A DNA stretch of 64,000 nucleotides from an uncultured bacterium (GTDB taxonomy: Bacteria > Fidelibacterota > Marinisomatia > SCGC-AAA003-L08 > TS1B11): contig CBDVAP010000002.1 of the NCBI GenBank assembly GCA_965372015.1, positions 568 through 64,567 on the forward strand, in the 5' to 3' direction. Under the pieces are notes generated by a model. That model had not been told where the DNA came from. It ran no database searches and saw only the letters and a list, made by a program, of their open reading frames with translations. The number at the start of each line of letters is the position of its first letter. The first letter of the stretch is position 1. Both the position numbers and the translations under genes were made by a program. Shown here in pieces: positions 9,317 through 18,952 of this stretch.

Positions 9317-11441
9317 CCTGTGAGCCCTGCCCCAACGCCGCCAGCATCTCCTCACTGTCGGTAGTAGGCGCCCGGCAGGCGAAGTTCCGGCAGACATAGG
9401 CCGTGGCCCGGCCGTCAAGGGCGACCTGGGTGGCCGTGAACGGGGCCAGGCGAGCGATTTGCGACCCCGCCTCCCCCTGCGGGTGTAGCAGGACAACCTT
9501 GTTGGGATGATAGGTCCCGCGCAGGGCCGCCAGCATGTCAAGGGTACTCCTAGCTCCCGGCTCCCCGGCGATCACCACCTCGTATGCCGGGCCTACTGCA
9601 AAATCGACGGCACATAACAGCTGACTATGGGCGCTGGGCGCCTGGTTTACCTGCCCGGAAAAGGCTCGCAGCAGGGCAGCGGCGGTCTGCTCGTATCCCG
9701 GCTCGCCGGTTATGCGCCCCAGTCGCAGCAGGTTCAGGGCGGCCACCGAGTTGCCCGAGGGCACCGCCCCGTCGTAGACCAGCTTGCTGCGCACGAGTAG
9801 TTGTTCACTATCAGTAGCGGTGAAATAATAGCCGCCATCCTCCCCGTCCCAGAACTGCCCGGCCAGTATAGCCTGCAGCTGTATAGCGTCCTCCAGGTAA
9901 TGCACCTTAAAAGTGGCCTCGTATAGGTCCAGCAAGGCCGCGATCATGAAGGCGTAATCATCCAGGTTACCGGGAATACCGGCCTGGCCCTGGCGATAAC
10001 GATGCAGCAGGCGCCCTGACTCGGTGCTCAACTGGACCATGATAAAGCGGGCTGCCTCCTCGGCCGCCATAACGTACCGGGGTTGGTCCAGGGCCTGCCC
10101 GGCGCGGGCCAGGGCACTGATCATCAGGCCGTTCCAGTCGGTGAGTACCTTTTCGTCCCGCATCGGCCGGACCCGTTGCTCCCGCGCCTTTAGCAGGCGC
10201 TCGCGCACCGGTCCCCAGGTCTCCGCCTGCTCCACTGCTAACATGGTTTTCAGATGCAAGATATTGCGCCCGGTGACCTGGCCGCCGGCTTCATCCGCGA
10301 AATTTCCCTCGGCCGCCAAATTAAAGGTCTCCTTAACAAAGGCTGCCTCTGACGGATCAAGGACGGCCTCGATCTCATCGGTAGTCCACAGGTAGAACTT
10401 GCCTTCCTCACCTTCGCTGTCGGCGTCTTCGGCTGAGTAAAATCCTCCTTCAGGGGCAGTGAGGTCGCGCAGCACATAGGTGGCGATCTCGTCCACCGTG
10501 GCGGCGTAGTCGGCCTTGCCGGTGATCAGCCAGGCCTCGGTATAAGCCATCAGCAGCAGAGCCTGGTCATAGAGCATTTTCTCGAAGTGGGGCACCAACC
10601 ACTGTGCGTCGGTCGAATAGCGATGAAAGCCGAAACCGACCTGATCGTAAATCCCACCCAGGCGCAGGGCGGACAAGGTTTTCTCCACCATTTCCAGCGT
10701 CTGTGCGTCGCCGCTACGGTGATAGGACCGCATTAGCAGCAGCAGCTGGTGGGGCGTGGGGAACTTGGGTTGTGAGCCGAAGCCGCCATGGACCGGGTCG
10801 TAGCGCCGCTGGAGGTCATCGTGGGCCCGCTGCAGGGTTTCCGCCCCCAGTTCGCCGCCGGGGGTGCTTTCCTGGCCCTGCCGCAACGCCGCCATGACCG
10901 TTTCCACCGAGCCGCTGATACGCTGCCGGTCGGTTTCCCAGACAGCCCTGATGCGCGGCACCAATTCCAGTAAGCCCGGCCGGCCAAACCGGCTCTCTTT
11001 CGGTATATAGGTAGCCGCGAAGAACGGCTCCCCCTCGGGGGTCATGATAATGGTCAGGGGCCAGCCGCCGGAGCCGGTCATCATCTGACAGACGGCCATG
11101 TAAATATGGTCGATGTCCGGGCGTTCCTCCCGGTCCACCTTGACACAGATAAAGGCCTCGTTGAGCAAGGCCGCCACCGAGGAATCCTCGAACGATTCGT
11201 GAGCCATGACATGGCACCAGTGGCAGGTGGAATAGCCGATGGAGAGGAATATGGGTTTGTCGGCTGCCCGGGCCGCCGCGAAGGCTTCTTCGCCCCACGG
11301 GTACCAGTCCACCGGGTTGTGGGCGTGCTGTTGCAAATAGGGACTGGCTTCATGCGCCAGGCGGTTGGTGGTGGGTTCCATGGTCACTCCTGAACCGGGT
11401 AACATGCTCATCAGCACAACCACCAATACAGCTGGGACCAT
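9306..11441 (-). CDS. Thioredoxin-domain protein of the YyaL/DUF255 (SSP411-like) family
   Basis: [22 protein letters not shown]...[22 protein letters not shown]-terminal signature followed by a long alpha/alpha-toroid-like region. The N-terminus is hydrophobic (possible signal peptide). Confidence 0.85.
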   Translation of the reverse strand: MVPAVLVVVLMSMLPGSGVTMEPTTNRLAHEASPYLQQHAHNPVDWYPWGEEAFAAARAADKPIFLSIGYSTCHWCHVMAHESFEDSSVAALLNEAFICVKVDREERPDIDHIYMAVCQMMTGSGGWPLTIIMTPEGEPFFAATYIPKESRFGRPGLLELVPRIRAVWETDRQRISGSVETVMAALRQGQESTPGGELGAETLQRAHDDLQRRYDPVHGGFGSQPKFPTPHQLLLLMRSYHRSGDAQTLEMVEKTLSALRLGGIYDQVGFGFHRYSTDAQWLVPHFEKMLYDQALLLMAYTEAWLITGKADYAATVDEIATYVLRDLTAPEGGFYSAEDADSEGEEGKFYLWTTDEIEAVLDPSEAAFVKETFNLAAEGNFADEAGGQVTGRNILHLKTMLAVEQAETWGPVRERLLKAREQRVRPMRDEKVLTDWNGLMISALARAGQALDQPRYVMAAEEAARFIMVQLSTESGRLLHRYRQGQAGIPGNLDDYAFMIAALLDLYEATFKVHYLEDAIQLQAILAGQFWDGEDGGYYFTATDSEQLLVRSKLVYDGAVPSGNSVAALNLLRLGRITGEPGYEQTAAALLRAFSGQVNQAPSAHSQLLCAVDFAVGPAYEVVIAGEPGARSTLDMLAALRGTYHPNKVVLLHPQGEAGSQIARLAPFTATQVALDGRATAYVCRNFACRAPTTDSEEMLAALGQGSQAKN

Positions 11442-11482
11442 CGGCTTTTTCAGTTCCGCTAGTCGTAGAGCGCTGGGCGTGG

Positions 11483-11866
11483 CTAGAACTTTCCCTTGAG
11501 TTCATCCAGCCGGCGGCGCTGCCGCTTGGTTGGCCGGCCCGCACCTCGCTGCCGTTGGAAAAAGACGCTATCCTGGGTGCGCCGGAGGCGCAGCTGTTCC
11601 AGCTCTTCGGGTGGTGTGTGATCCTCGTACATATCGGCCGCTAGCTTAGCGCTCACTCGCTTCTCCTGCAGGCCGGTCACCAGCAGTTCCTGCCGGTAGG
11701 CCTGCCGGGTGATGGCGACCCTATCGCCGGAGCGTACCAGGTGGCTGGCCTTGACTGCCCGGCCATTGAGCTTCACTCTCCCGGCCTGGCAAGCAGCTGT
11801 GGCGCTGCTGCGAGTCTTGTGAAACCGCGCTGCCCAGAGCCACTTATCGATGCGCACTTCATTCAT
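11483..11866 (-). CDS. hslR: S4-domain RNA-binding heat-shock protein Hsp15-like
   Basis: 127 aa. [38 protein letters not shown] matches the Hsp15/S4 pattern. Confidence 0.75.
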   Translation of the reverse strand: MNEVRIDKWLWAARFHKTRSSATAACQAGRVKLNGRAVKASHLVRSGDRVAITRQAYRQELLVTGLQEKRVSAKLAADMYEDHTPPEELEQLRLRRTQDSVFFQRQRGAGRPTKRQRRRLDELKGKF

Positions 11867-11924
11867 GGCGTTGTTCGCATTTTAGGCTGGCAAAGTTCAT
11901 TAGGCGGGCGGTCCGGTAACCGGA

Positions 11925-12848
11925 TTACCAGGGTGGGGGCCGGCGGAAACCAACGGTAAAGCCCAGCTGCAGAAGGGTGAGTGCTTCCTGGTCCCTGGCG
12001 GCCGGTAGGTGTAAGCCTCCGATCCGCAGGGCAACCTGGGTACCGATGCGTGAACTATCTCCCGGCCGGCCCAGAATTGACAGTGTCAACGCGCCGTTCA
12101 GGCCCATCCGGGAAGGGCCCGCCAGTCCGCTTGTGAGGGAATACTGGCCTGCTCCGATTGTCAGCAGTAACCGCCCCAGCCCGGGACCCAGGTGGACACC
12201 GGTGCCCCCCAGCCTCCCGGGCCGGCTGTCGGCATGTTTGGCCGGCAGCTTTAGCTCAAAATAGTCCAGTCCGGCGATGATCGGCAAGGGGCCCAGTTCC
12301 AGTAGACGGACTTGCAAATTTGCGCCGATTCCCAGCCCGCGGTCGTGGGTAATGGACAGCGGTTCTACCAATGGCATTGAGATGCCGGTTCGGACGGTGG
12401 TGTGGTCTGTAGTCCAGCGAATGCGTAAAGCCAGGGCCTCCCACCAGGTTGGTGGGGGTGGTCGCTCCTCGTGAAAGTCCAGTGAGGCGGCAATCGCGGC
12501 GCGTAGGTCCTCCTGCTCGCGGCGCAGGGTTACCAGGTAGCTATGTCGCTGCTCCAAGGTACGCTCAGCACAGCTGATCGCCCGGCTATAAAGCGAATCA
12601 GCCGGCGTCAGGTCCCCCATTAGCATGCGCGCCTGGGCCAGGTTACGATAGGTGGTAGCCCGGCGCAGGTCGTGGACCGGATACTTGGTGGCCACCTCCC
12701 AGGCACGGTCGAAATGCTTTTTTGCCTCAGCAGGATTGCCGGCCGCCAAGGCTTGGTTACCCTGTTCTATGAGGGATTCCCATAGACCCTGCTGGCCGGC
12801 TGTGCTCGCGGCCAACAGTAGCAGTGCCAGGCCCACCCGAACGAGCAT
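11925..12848 (-). CDS. Exported TPR-containing protein with a beta-strand-rich C-terminal half (possible small OM barrel)
   Basis: An internal Met gives the signal peptide MLVRVGLALLLLAASTAGQQ. One or two TPR-like helices follow. The C-terminal half has an alternating pattern ending GFTVGFRRPPPW. The track ORF extends to 12920, but that extension lacks signal-peptide logic. Confidence 0.45.
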   Translation of the reverse strand: MLVRVGLALLLLAASTAGQQGLWESLIEQGNQALAAGNPAEAKKHFDRAWEVATKYPVHDLRRATTYRNLAQARMLMGDLTPADSLYSRAISCAERTLEQRHSYLVTLRREQEDLRAAIAASLDFHEERPPPPTWWEALALRIRWTTDHTTVRTGISMPLVEPLSITHDRGLGIGANLQVRLLELGPLPIIAGLDYFELKLPAKHADSRPGRLGGTGVHLGPGLGRLLLTIGAGQYSLTSGLAGPSRMGLNGALTLSILGRPGDSSRIGTQVALRIGGLHLPAARDQEALTLLQLGFTVGFRRPPPW

Positions 12849-13193
12849 TGGTCCCCCGGGCTGTTGATGGGAATAGCGCCCTGTAGTGATATTAATCCAC
12901 CACTGTTCGGGAAAAATCAATCAAAACTCCACACTGCGTTCGAAATTTGCCCGATACCGGCATGAAACCGCGCATATACAGGCCTCTAGGAACATTTGAA
13001 TGTAGCACCGTAACTGGTGTATATTTCAATAGGTTTGATTGCGCTTTGGGGGATATCTGATACTAGCAGGTTTTTAGCGAATGGTTTCGGATGAGCGGCG
13101 CCTCCGGCCGGTGATGCGGCCCATGAAAACGCCGGTCCTAAAACCACAGACTAGTCCCCAGGGGAGGAATGTTATTAAAGGTCGGCACCACCT

Positions 13194-14123
13194 ATGAAAG
13201 CTATAATACGAGGCGATATGGACGGCATCGTCTGTGCAGCCCTGCTTACGGCCACCGGTCTGGTGGATACTGTGGAGATGGTCAATATCAAGGATATTTC
13301 GGACGGCAAGGTACGGATCACCGATAACGATATCATCTGCAACCTGCCGTTCCATCCTGATGCTTATCTTTGGTTTGATCACCATTCCAGTGAAACACGT
13401 CGTACCCCGCCCATACCGCCTGATTATCGAGGAGCTTTTAATCTGGCCCCCAGCACCGCCGGGGTGGTATACCAGTATTTTGTTCCATTCCATCCGCAGC
13501 TGCAGAAATTTGAGGGTTTGGTGCGGGACACCGATATTCTGGACGGCGCCGATCTCACCAAGGAGGAAGTTCTGAATCCCCAGGGCAACATCCTCCTCGG
13601 TCTCCTGCTGGATCCTCGAACGGGTATCGGGAACGATGTAGCTCACAGGGAGGAGTATGAAGTTTGGAAAGCCCAGATGCCCGACCTGCTCTGCGAGCAC
13701 TCCACTGACGAGATCCTGGCCATGCCGCTCGCACAAAAGTGGCGTCAGATCTATCAGGACAACCTGGAACAGGCCATCGAAGTGCTGCTGGAATGCTCGC
13801 GCCTTGATGACAATGTGATCATCAGTGACTTCAGGGGGGTCCAGGTGCCGCCGGTGAGCCGCTTTATCCTCTATACTCTACCGGATTTGGCAGCCGGTAA
13901 TATTTCAGTTCAAATTTCCTATGGGGAACAGGGGGTCTGGAACGAGATTGCAGTGGGACACTCCATCTTCAACCGCTCTTCCATGGTGGATGTGGGTGAC
14001 CTGTGCGCCTGGTATGGCGGAGGCGGCCATCGCACCGTGGGAGTATGCCGCCCCAGTGAGGAAGACACCGAGCAGGTCCTGCGCGAAATAATCCACGCCT
14101 GTAAGGAACAGCCTACCTCTTGA
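13194..14123 (+). CDS. DHH-motif phosphoesterase-like protein (family assignment tentative)
   Basis: 309 aa. N-terminal RGDMDGIVCAALL and FDHHSSE motifs resemble DHH-family motifs I and III. Confidence 0.4.
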   Translation: MKAIIRGDMDGIVCAALLTATGLVDTVEMVNIKDISDGKVRITDNDIICNLPFHPDAYLWFDHHSSETRRTPPIPPDYRGAFNLAPSTAGVVYQYFVPFHPQLQKFEGLVRDTDILDGADLTKEEVLNPQGNILLGLLLDPRTGIGNDVAHREEYEVWKAQMPDLLCEHSTDEILAMPLAQKWRQIYQDNLEQAIEVLLECSRLDDNVIISDFRGVQVPPVSRFILYTLPDLAAGNISVQISYGEQGVWNEIAVGHSIFNRSSMVDVGDLCAWYGGGGHRTVGVCRPSEEDTEQVLREIIHACKEQPTS

Positions 14124-14202
14124 GGCTTCCCCGGTCACCTCGCCATCACAACAGCTGATAACTATTCCCTAAAGTTTTCTCCGTCGATTTATGATCTAAA
14201 AA

Positions 14203-14230
14203 CCCCTTCCCGGCCGTGGCCGGGAAGGGG
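14203..14230. terminator. 12-bp GC-rich hairpin between convergent genes
   Basis: ccccttcccggc / cgtg / gccgggaagggg, with flanking aaaa on the + strand. Confidence 0.6.
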
Positions 14231-14257
14231 TAATACTCAGCCGCTGTTTCGCTGTAG

Positions 14258-17200
14258 CTAGCGGATCAAGGTCATCTTGATGGTATGCGTATAGTCCGCC
14301 GTTACTAATCGGGCAAAATAGATTCCGGTGGGTACCGGTCGCCCCATGTGGTCGCTACTGTTCCAGCTGACCTTTTTAAATCCGGCGCTTTCATAGCGCT
14401 CCACCAGTCGGATGACTTCCCGTCCCCGCATATCATAGATCACCAGCCGCACGTGTGACTGCATGGGCAGCTCATAGTGCACCGTGGTCACCGGGTTGAA
14501 CGGGTTGGGATAATTCTGGTGTAGCGCGAACAATTGCGGCAAGTGCGAATCATCCACCACGGCCAGCGTGCTCAGGTCGATCTCCAATGAGGATGGTCCG
14601 TCGGTGTTCCAAGTGGTATCCGAACCCGAAACGGCCCCCACCTCCCACCGGAAGGTTTCCCTCTCCACACCGTTATCTAGCATGAATGTAACCACCAGTT
14701 CCCGCAGCAAGTGTAGCTCTGGTTCAGTTACCGGTTGGGTTATTTCAAACTCGGAGTCTTCCTGCCAGAGGGCGAAGATATAAGTGATCGCATCACCGTC
14801 AGGATCACTGGAAGGTTCCCAGGTGAAAAGGATACTGGTATCGGGATCGTCGGCCTGTATAACCAGGCTGCTGCCACTGGCCGGGCCCACCAACTCAAAG
14901 CCTGTCGGCAAATCATTGACCGGAAGGATGGTCAGGGTAAAGGTGTCCTGGGCTGTGGCCTGTCCATCCATTACGGTCACCACAATCTGGGCCTTTCCAT
15001 TCCAATTGGCTGCCGGGGAGAATGCCATGCTGGTATCTCCCATTGCCACAGTTACCGCTGATGTATCGCTCACGGCGCTGAAGCTCAGTGCATCACCATC
15101 TACATCAACGACGGCTGCCGCAATATCCGCCAGAGAAATCTGGGCGATTACATCTTCAGGGATAAAGAGATCGGGAATAAGGGCAATGAACTGCGGCGCG
15201 TCGTTCACCGGCAGAATCTCAAGTACCAGTGTCTCCTGGACAGATGCCCCAGCCGGGTCTGTGGCGGTCACCTCGATATTTACTGTGCCGTAATAGTTCG
15301 GTGTGAGTACCACGATCAGTTTTTGCTCACTTAAACCGAAAAACCCTTCCAGTCCCGCGTCCGCCGTGGTGGCAGCGAAAGTCAATTGGTCCCCATCCCG
15401 GTCAGTGAAATATTCACCGAGATCGGGAATCAGGGTATCAATGTACGTATCCTCAGAGATCTGCAGATCCGGTAGAGACATCAAACTGTAGGGCGACTGG
15501 TTGGCTGTCAGGCCCGCTGCAAAGCCGGAGAAGTGGGTGATCCAGCCGGTTAAGGTAAGTGCTACCTCATTCACTTCATTGGAATCGGCCACCGACCATT
15601 CACCGGTCCCTTCATTGTAGATCAACAACACCAGGTCAGCAGGTGAGGACCCGTCTGGAATCACGTCCGGATTGTAAGGTACAGTTACTGCCACCGGCAT
15701 GTTGAACTGGAGACCGGTAGGGCCATAGAAGTACAGCACGCCGGCCAGCTCCGGTCCTTCCGGCGACGCGGCGAACTCACCTATTATAATGGTAACTGTA
15801 TCATCTAGAGCACCAGCCGGGATGTTGATGGAGGTTCCCAACCCCGTGCTGACCTCGCCACCTTCCGGTCCCACCTCTTCATTGACGGTTTCATCACCTA
15901 AGTCCACCAGCACAGTCACAGTGGCGGAAGCGCTTCCTCCCTGCCCGTCGCTGATCGTATAGTCGAAAATGTCGGCGCCGCTGAAATCATCCTCGGGCGT
16001 GTAAACGATGGCGTCCCCGAAAATCTCTGTTTCGCCATGGGCCGCCATATCAACGGAAGTGATCGACAGGTCGTTGCCGTCGATATCATCGTCATTGGCT
16101 AGCACCGGGATTGTTACCGGCGCGCCGTCGCCGGTGGTAGCCTGATCATCCAGGGCCACCGGGTCGTCGTTAACCGCCTCGACTGTCACGCTCACACCAG
16201 CGGAGGCCGAGCCGCCCTGGCCGTCGCTCACGTGGATCGTAAAGGTAGCGTCGCCGTCCCCCTCGCCCGGGGTGCCGGAGACCGTGGCCCCGTCGGCCGA
16301 CAGCCATCCGGGCAGGCCGGTGAATGAGAAGGTCAAGTCATCGCCGTCCGCATCGGTGGCAGTGGCGGTATAGCTGAAAGGTACATCCTCGGTGGCGTCG
16401 GCCGAGGTAGCCGAAGTGATTACCGGATCGTCGTTAACCGCCTCGACTGTCACGGTGACCTGTGCTTCATCTTCGACACCCTCAGCGTCCCGGATGGTGT
16501 AAAAGAAAATATCATCACCCGAGAAATTGGGCGTCGGTTCATAGGACAGGCTCTTGCCACCGTCGATGATATGCAGAACGCCGTTAGCCTGCCTGAAGTT
16601 GGTGATGATCAGATCATCTCCGTCTACATCGATATCATTGGCGAGCACATCCAGGGTGCTGACCGGGGAATCTTCGGAAACGGAGAAAGCGTCTGCCACC
16701 GCCACCGGGGCGTCGTTCACCGCGCTGACCGTGAAGGTGGCCGGGTCGCTGTCGCTCAAATCGGACGGATCGGTGGCAGTGAAGGTGATGGCCTCACTAC
16801 CTGACCATTCGGCATCAGGAATGCCGATGGTTGCTATCCGGCTGCCATTGATAGAGACGGTCAACGCGCTGTTCCCGCCGTATGTCCACGTGATCTCGCT
16901 ATCGGCATTGTCCAGGTCGCTTACGTACTCGTCCAGTGCGATGGTGGCAAAGGAGCCGCCCTCGCCAATTGTCTGGTTGGGGATATCCGCCACCACCGGC
17001 GCATCGTTCACCGCGCCGACCGTGAAGGTGGCCGGGTCGCTGTCACTCAAGCCGGACGGATCGGTGGCAGTGAAAGTGATGGCCTCACTACCTGACCATT
17101 CGGCATCAGGAATGCCGATGGTTGCTATCCGGCTGCCATCGATGGAGACGGTCAACGCACCATTCCCGCCATATGTCCAAGTGATCTCGCTATCGGTATT

Positions 17201-18559
17201 GTCCAGGTCGTCTACGTACTCGTCCAGTGCGATGGTGGCAAAGGAACCGCCCTCATCAATTGTCTGGTTGGGGATATCCGCCACCACCGGAGCATCGTTC
17301 ACGCCGCCAACCGTAACCGTGACCTGTGCTTCATCTTCGACACCCTCGGCGTCCCGGATAGTGTAAAGGAAAATATCATCACCCGAGAAATTGGGCGTGG
17401 GTTCATAGGACAGGTGTTTTCCACCGTTGATGATATGCAGCTTACCGTTGGCCTGCCTGAAGTTGGTGATGATGAGATCATCTCCGTCTACATCGATATC
17501 ATTGGCGAGCACATCCAGTGTACCGACCGGGGAATCTTCGGAAACGGAGAAAGCGTCTGCCACCGCCACCGGGGCATCGTTCACCGCGCCGACCGTGAAG
17601 GTGGCCGGGTCGCTGTCGCTCAAGCCGGACGGATCGGTAGCAGTGAAGGTGATGGCCTCACTACCTGACCATTGGGCATCAGGAATGCCGATGGTTGCTA
17701 TCCGGCTGCCATCGATAGAGACGGTCAACGCCCTGTTCCCACCGTATGTCCAGGTGATCTCGCTATCGGAATTGTCCGGGTCGCTTACGTACTCGTCCAG
17801 TGCGATGGTGGCAAAGGAGCCGCCCTCATCGATTGTCTGGTCGGTGATATCCGCCACCACCGGCGCGTCGTTCACCGCGCCGACCGTGAAGGTAGCCGGG
17901 TCGCTGTCGCTCAAGCCGGTGGGATCGGTGGCGGTGAAGGTGATGGCCTCACTGCCTGACCATTGGGCATCAGGAATGCCGATGGTTGCTATCCGGCTGC
18001 CATCGATGGAGACGGTCAACGCACCATTCCCGCCATATGTCCAAGTGATCTCGCTATCGGTATTGTCCAGGTCGTCTACGTACTCGTCCAGTGCGATGGC
18101 GGCAAAGGAGCCGCCCTCATCAATTGTCTGGTTGGGGATATCCGCCACCATTGGCGCGTCATTAGTCCCACTAACCGTGACGGTGATGGTGCCGGTGGCG
18201 GTGTTGCCTTGATCCCCGTCATCTTGGCCCTGGTCTTTGCGCAGGGTATAGGTGAAACTGTCGACGCCATAGAAACCGGTGCTGGGGGTATACGTGAGGG
18301 TGCCGTCTTCGTTGTCGATAACCGTACCATTGGCTGGAGTCGAAAAACCATCCAGATGGATCTCTTGCCCTTTCTTCTTACCCTTGCCTTTGTCCTTGCC
18401 TTCATCGTCGTCGTCATCAGCTATCACGGTAATCGTCACCGGTGTACCTTCGTCCGTGCTGACCTCCATATCGGGCGCGGTCAGCTTATCGGCCCGCAGT
18501 ACCTGAAAGCCCAGGAAAAATACCAGCAACTGTAAAGTGATTGTCCTATTGATCTTCAT
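14258..18559 (-). CDS. Giant (1433 aa) cell-surface repeat protein with a T9SS C-terminal sorting domain
   Basis: Signal peptide MKINRTITLQLLVFFLGFQVLRA. Many ~95-97-aa VNDAP-bounded cadherin-like/tandem-95-type repeats. C-terminus NYPNPFNPVTTVHYELP...GIYFARLVTADYTHTIKMTLIR. Confidence 0.85.
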   Translation of the reverse strand: MKINRTITLQLLVFFLGFQVLRADKLTAPDMEVSTDEGTPVTITVIADDDDDEGKDKGKGKKKGQEIHLDGFSTPANGTVIDNEDGTLTYTPSTGFYGVDSFTYTLRKDQGQDDGDQGNTATGTITVTVSGTNDAPMVADIPNQTIDEGGSFAAIALDEYVDDLDNTDSEITWTYGGNGALTVSIDGSRIATIGIPDAQWSGSEAITFTATDPTGLSDSDPATFTVGAVNDAPVVADITDQTIDEGGSFATIALDEYVSDPDNSDSEITWTYGGNRALTVSIDGSRIATIGIPDAQWSGSEAITFTATDPSGLSDSDPATFTVGAVNDAPVAVADAFSVSEDSPVGTLDVLANDIDVDGDDLIITNFRQANGKLHIINGGKHLSYEPTPNFSGDDIFLYTIRDAEGVEDEAQVTVTVGGVNDAPVVADIPNQTIDEGGSFATIALDEYVDDLDNTDSEITWTYGGNGALTVSIDGSRIATIGIPDAEWSGSEAITFTATDPSGLSDSDPATFTVGAVNDAPVVADIPNQTIGEGGSFATIALDEYVSDLDNADSEITWTYGGNSALTVSINGSRIATIGIPDAEWSGSEAITFTATDPSDLSDSDPATFTVSAVNDAPVAVADAFSVSEDSPVSTLDVLANDIDVDGDDLIITNFRQANGVLHIIDGGKSLSYEPTPNFSGDDIFFYTIRDAEGVEDEAQVTVTVEAVNDDPVITSATSADATEDVPFSYTATATDADGDDLTFSFTGLPGWLSADGATVSGTPGEGDGDATFTIHVSDGQGGSASAGVSVTVEAVNDDPVALDDQATTGDGAPVTIPVLANDDDIDGNDLSITSVDMAAHGETEIFGDAIVYTPEDDFSGADIFDYTISDGQGGSASATVTVLVDLGDETVNEEVGPEGGEVSTGLGTSINIPAGALDDTVTIIIGEFAASPEGPELAGVLYFYGPTGLQFNMPVAVTVPYNPDVIPDGSSPADLVLLIYNEGTGEWSVADSNEVNEVALTLTGWITHFSGFAAGLTANQSPYSLMSLPDLQISEDTYIDTLIPDLGEYFTDRDGDQLTFAATTADAGLEGFFGLSEQKLIVVLTPNYYGTVNIEVTATDPAGASVQETLVLEILPVNDAPQFIALIPDLFIPEDVIAQISLADIAAAVVDVDGDALSFSAVSDTSAVTVAMGDTSMAFSPAANWNGKAQIVVTVMDGQATAQDTFTLTILPVNDLPTGFELVGPASGSSLVIQADDPDTSILFTWEPSSDPDGDAITYIFALWQEDSEFEITQPVTEPELHLLRELVVTFMLDNGVERETFRWEVGAVSGSDTTWNTDGPSSLEIDLSTLAVVDDSHLPQLFALHQNYPNPFNPVTTVHYELPMQSHVRLVIYDMRGREVIRLVERYESAGFKKVSWNSSDHMGRPVPTGIYFARLVTADYTHTIKMTLIR
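16455..18165 (-). repeat. Two tandem 864-nt (288-aa) near-identical units inside the adhesin gene, each built from two 291-nt A repeats plus one B repeat
   Basis: gtgacctgtgcttcatcttcgacaccctc occurs at 16455 and 17319 (offset 864). Long by-eye alignment shows only scattered substitutions. The antisense track ORFs 16554..17366 and 17427..18212 are shadows of the same duplication. Confidence 0.85.
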
Positions 18560-18642
18560 GCTGCCTTACCTACCTTGCTTGGTTGAACTTGATTTTTTCA
18601 TTCAACCGGATATTTCACGATGGGCCACTAAGCCCGGGGAAA

Positions 18643-18660
18643 AAGGGCTGCCGAGCCCTT
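18643..18660 (-). terminator. Candidate intrinsic terminator between the selenoprotein candidate and the adhesin gene
   Basis: On the minus strand, AAGGGCU-CGGC-AGCCCUU followed by UUU. It lies about 290 nt after the upstream stop and about 85 nt before the adhesin ATG. Confidence 0.4.
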
Positions 18661-18952
18661 TGTTGCGTGTGATAGAATAACCCCTTGCCGTATATATTAC
18701 CGTGATTAATGTCACAGAACTTCAATGGCTGTGATATTTCTCACAAGTACTTCTTCAACCCATTGACTGAGTGCCGGGTTCCATAAATCCCTTATCGGTG
18801 TTTGCAGGTAACAATTAAGCCAACCGGCTTCGATATGTGATGTTCTTCACATCTGGTGGTTTCCTGCCCGGTCCGGAACTATTAGCCATCGGTATTAACA
18901 GGGGAGCGGTATTGACGGGAATCGAGCCTATCGGCCCCCAATACATGATCCG

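Noticed and set aside
13074-13736. 220-aa minus-strand ORF
   Set aside because: It overlaps the + strand DHH-motif gene, whose N-terminus and length are more gene-like. The minus-strand product has no features.
16554-18212. Two similar ~265-aa + strand ORFs (16554..17366 and 17427..18212)
   Set aside because: They are the antisense reading of the duplicated adhesin repeats. Their similarity to each other reflects the 864-nt duplication, not an independent gene family.
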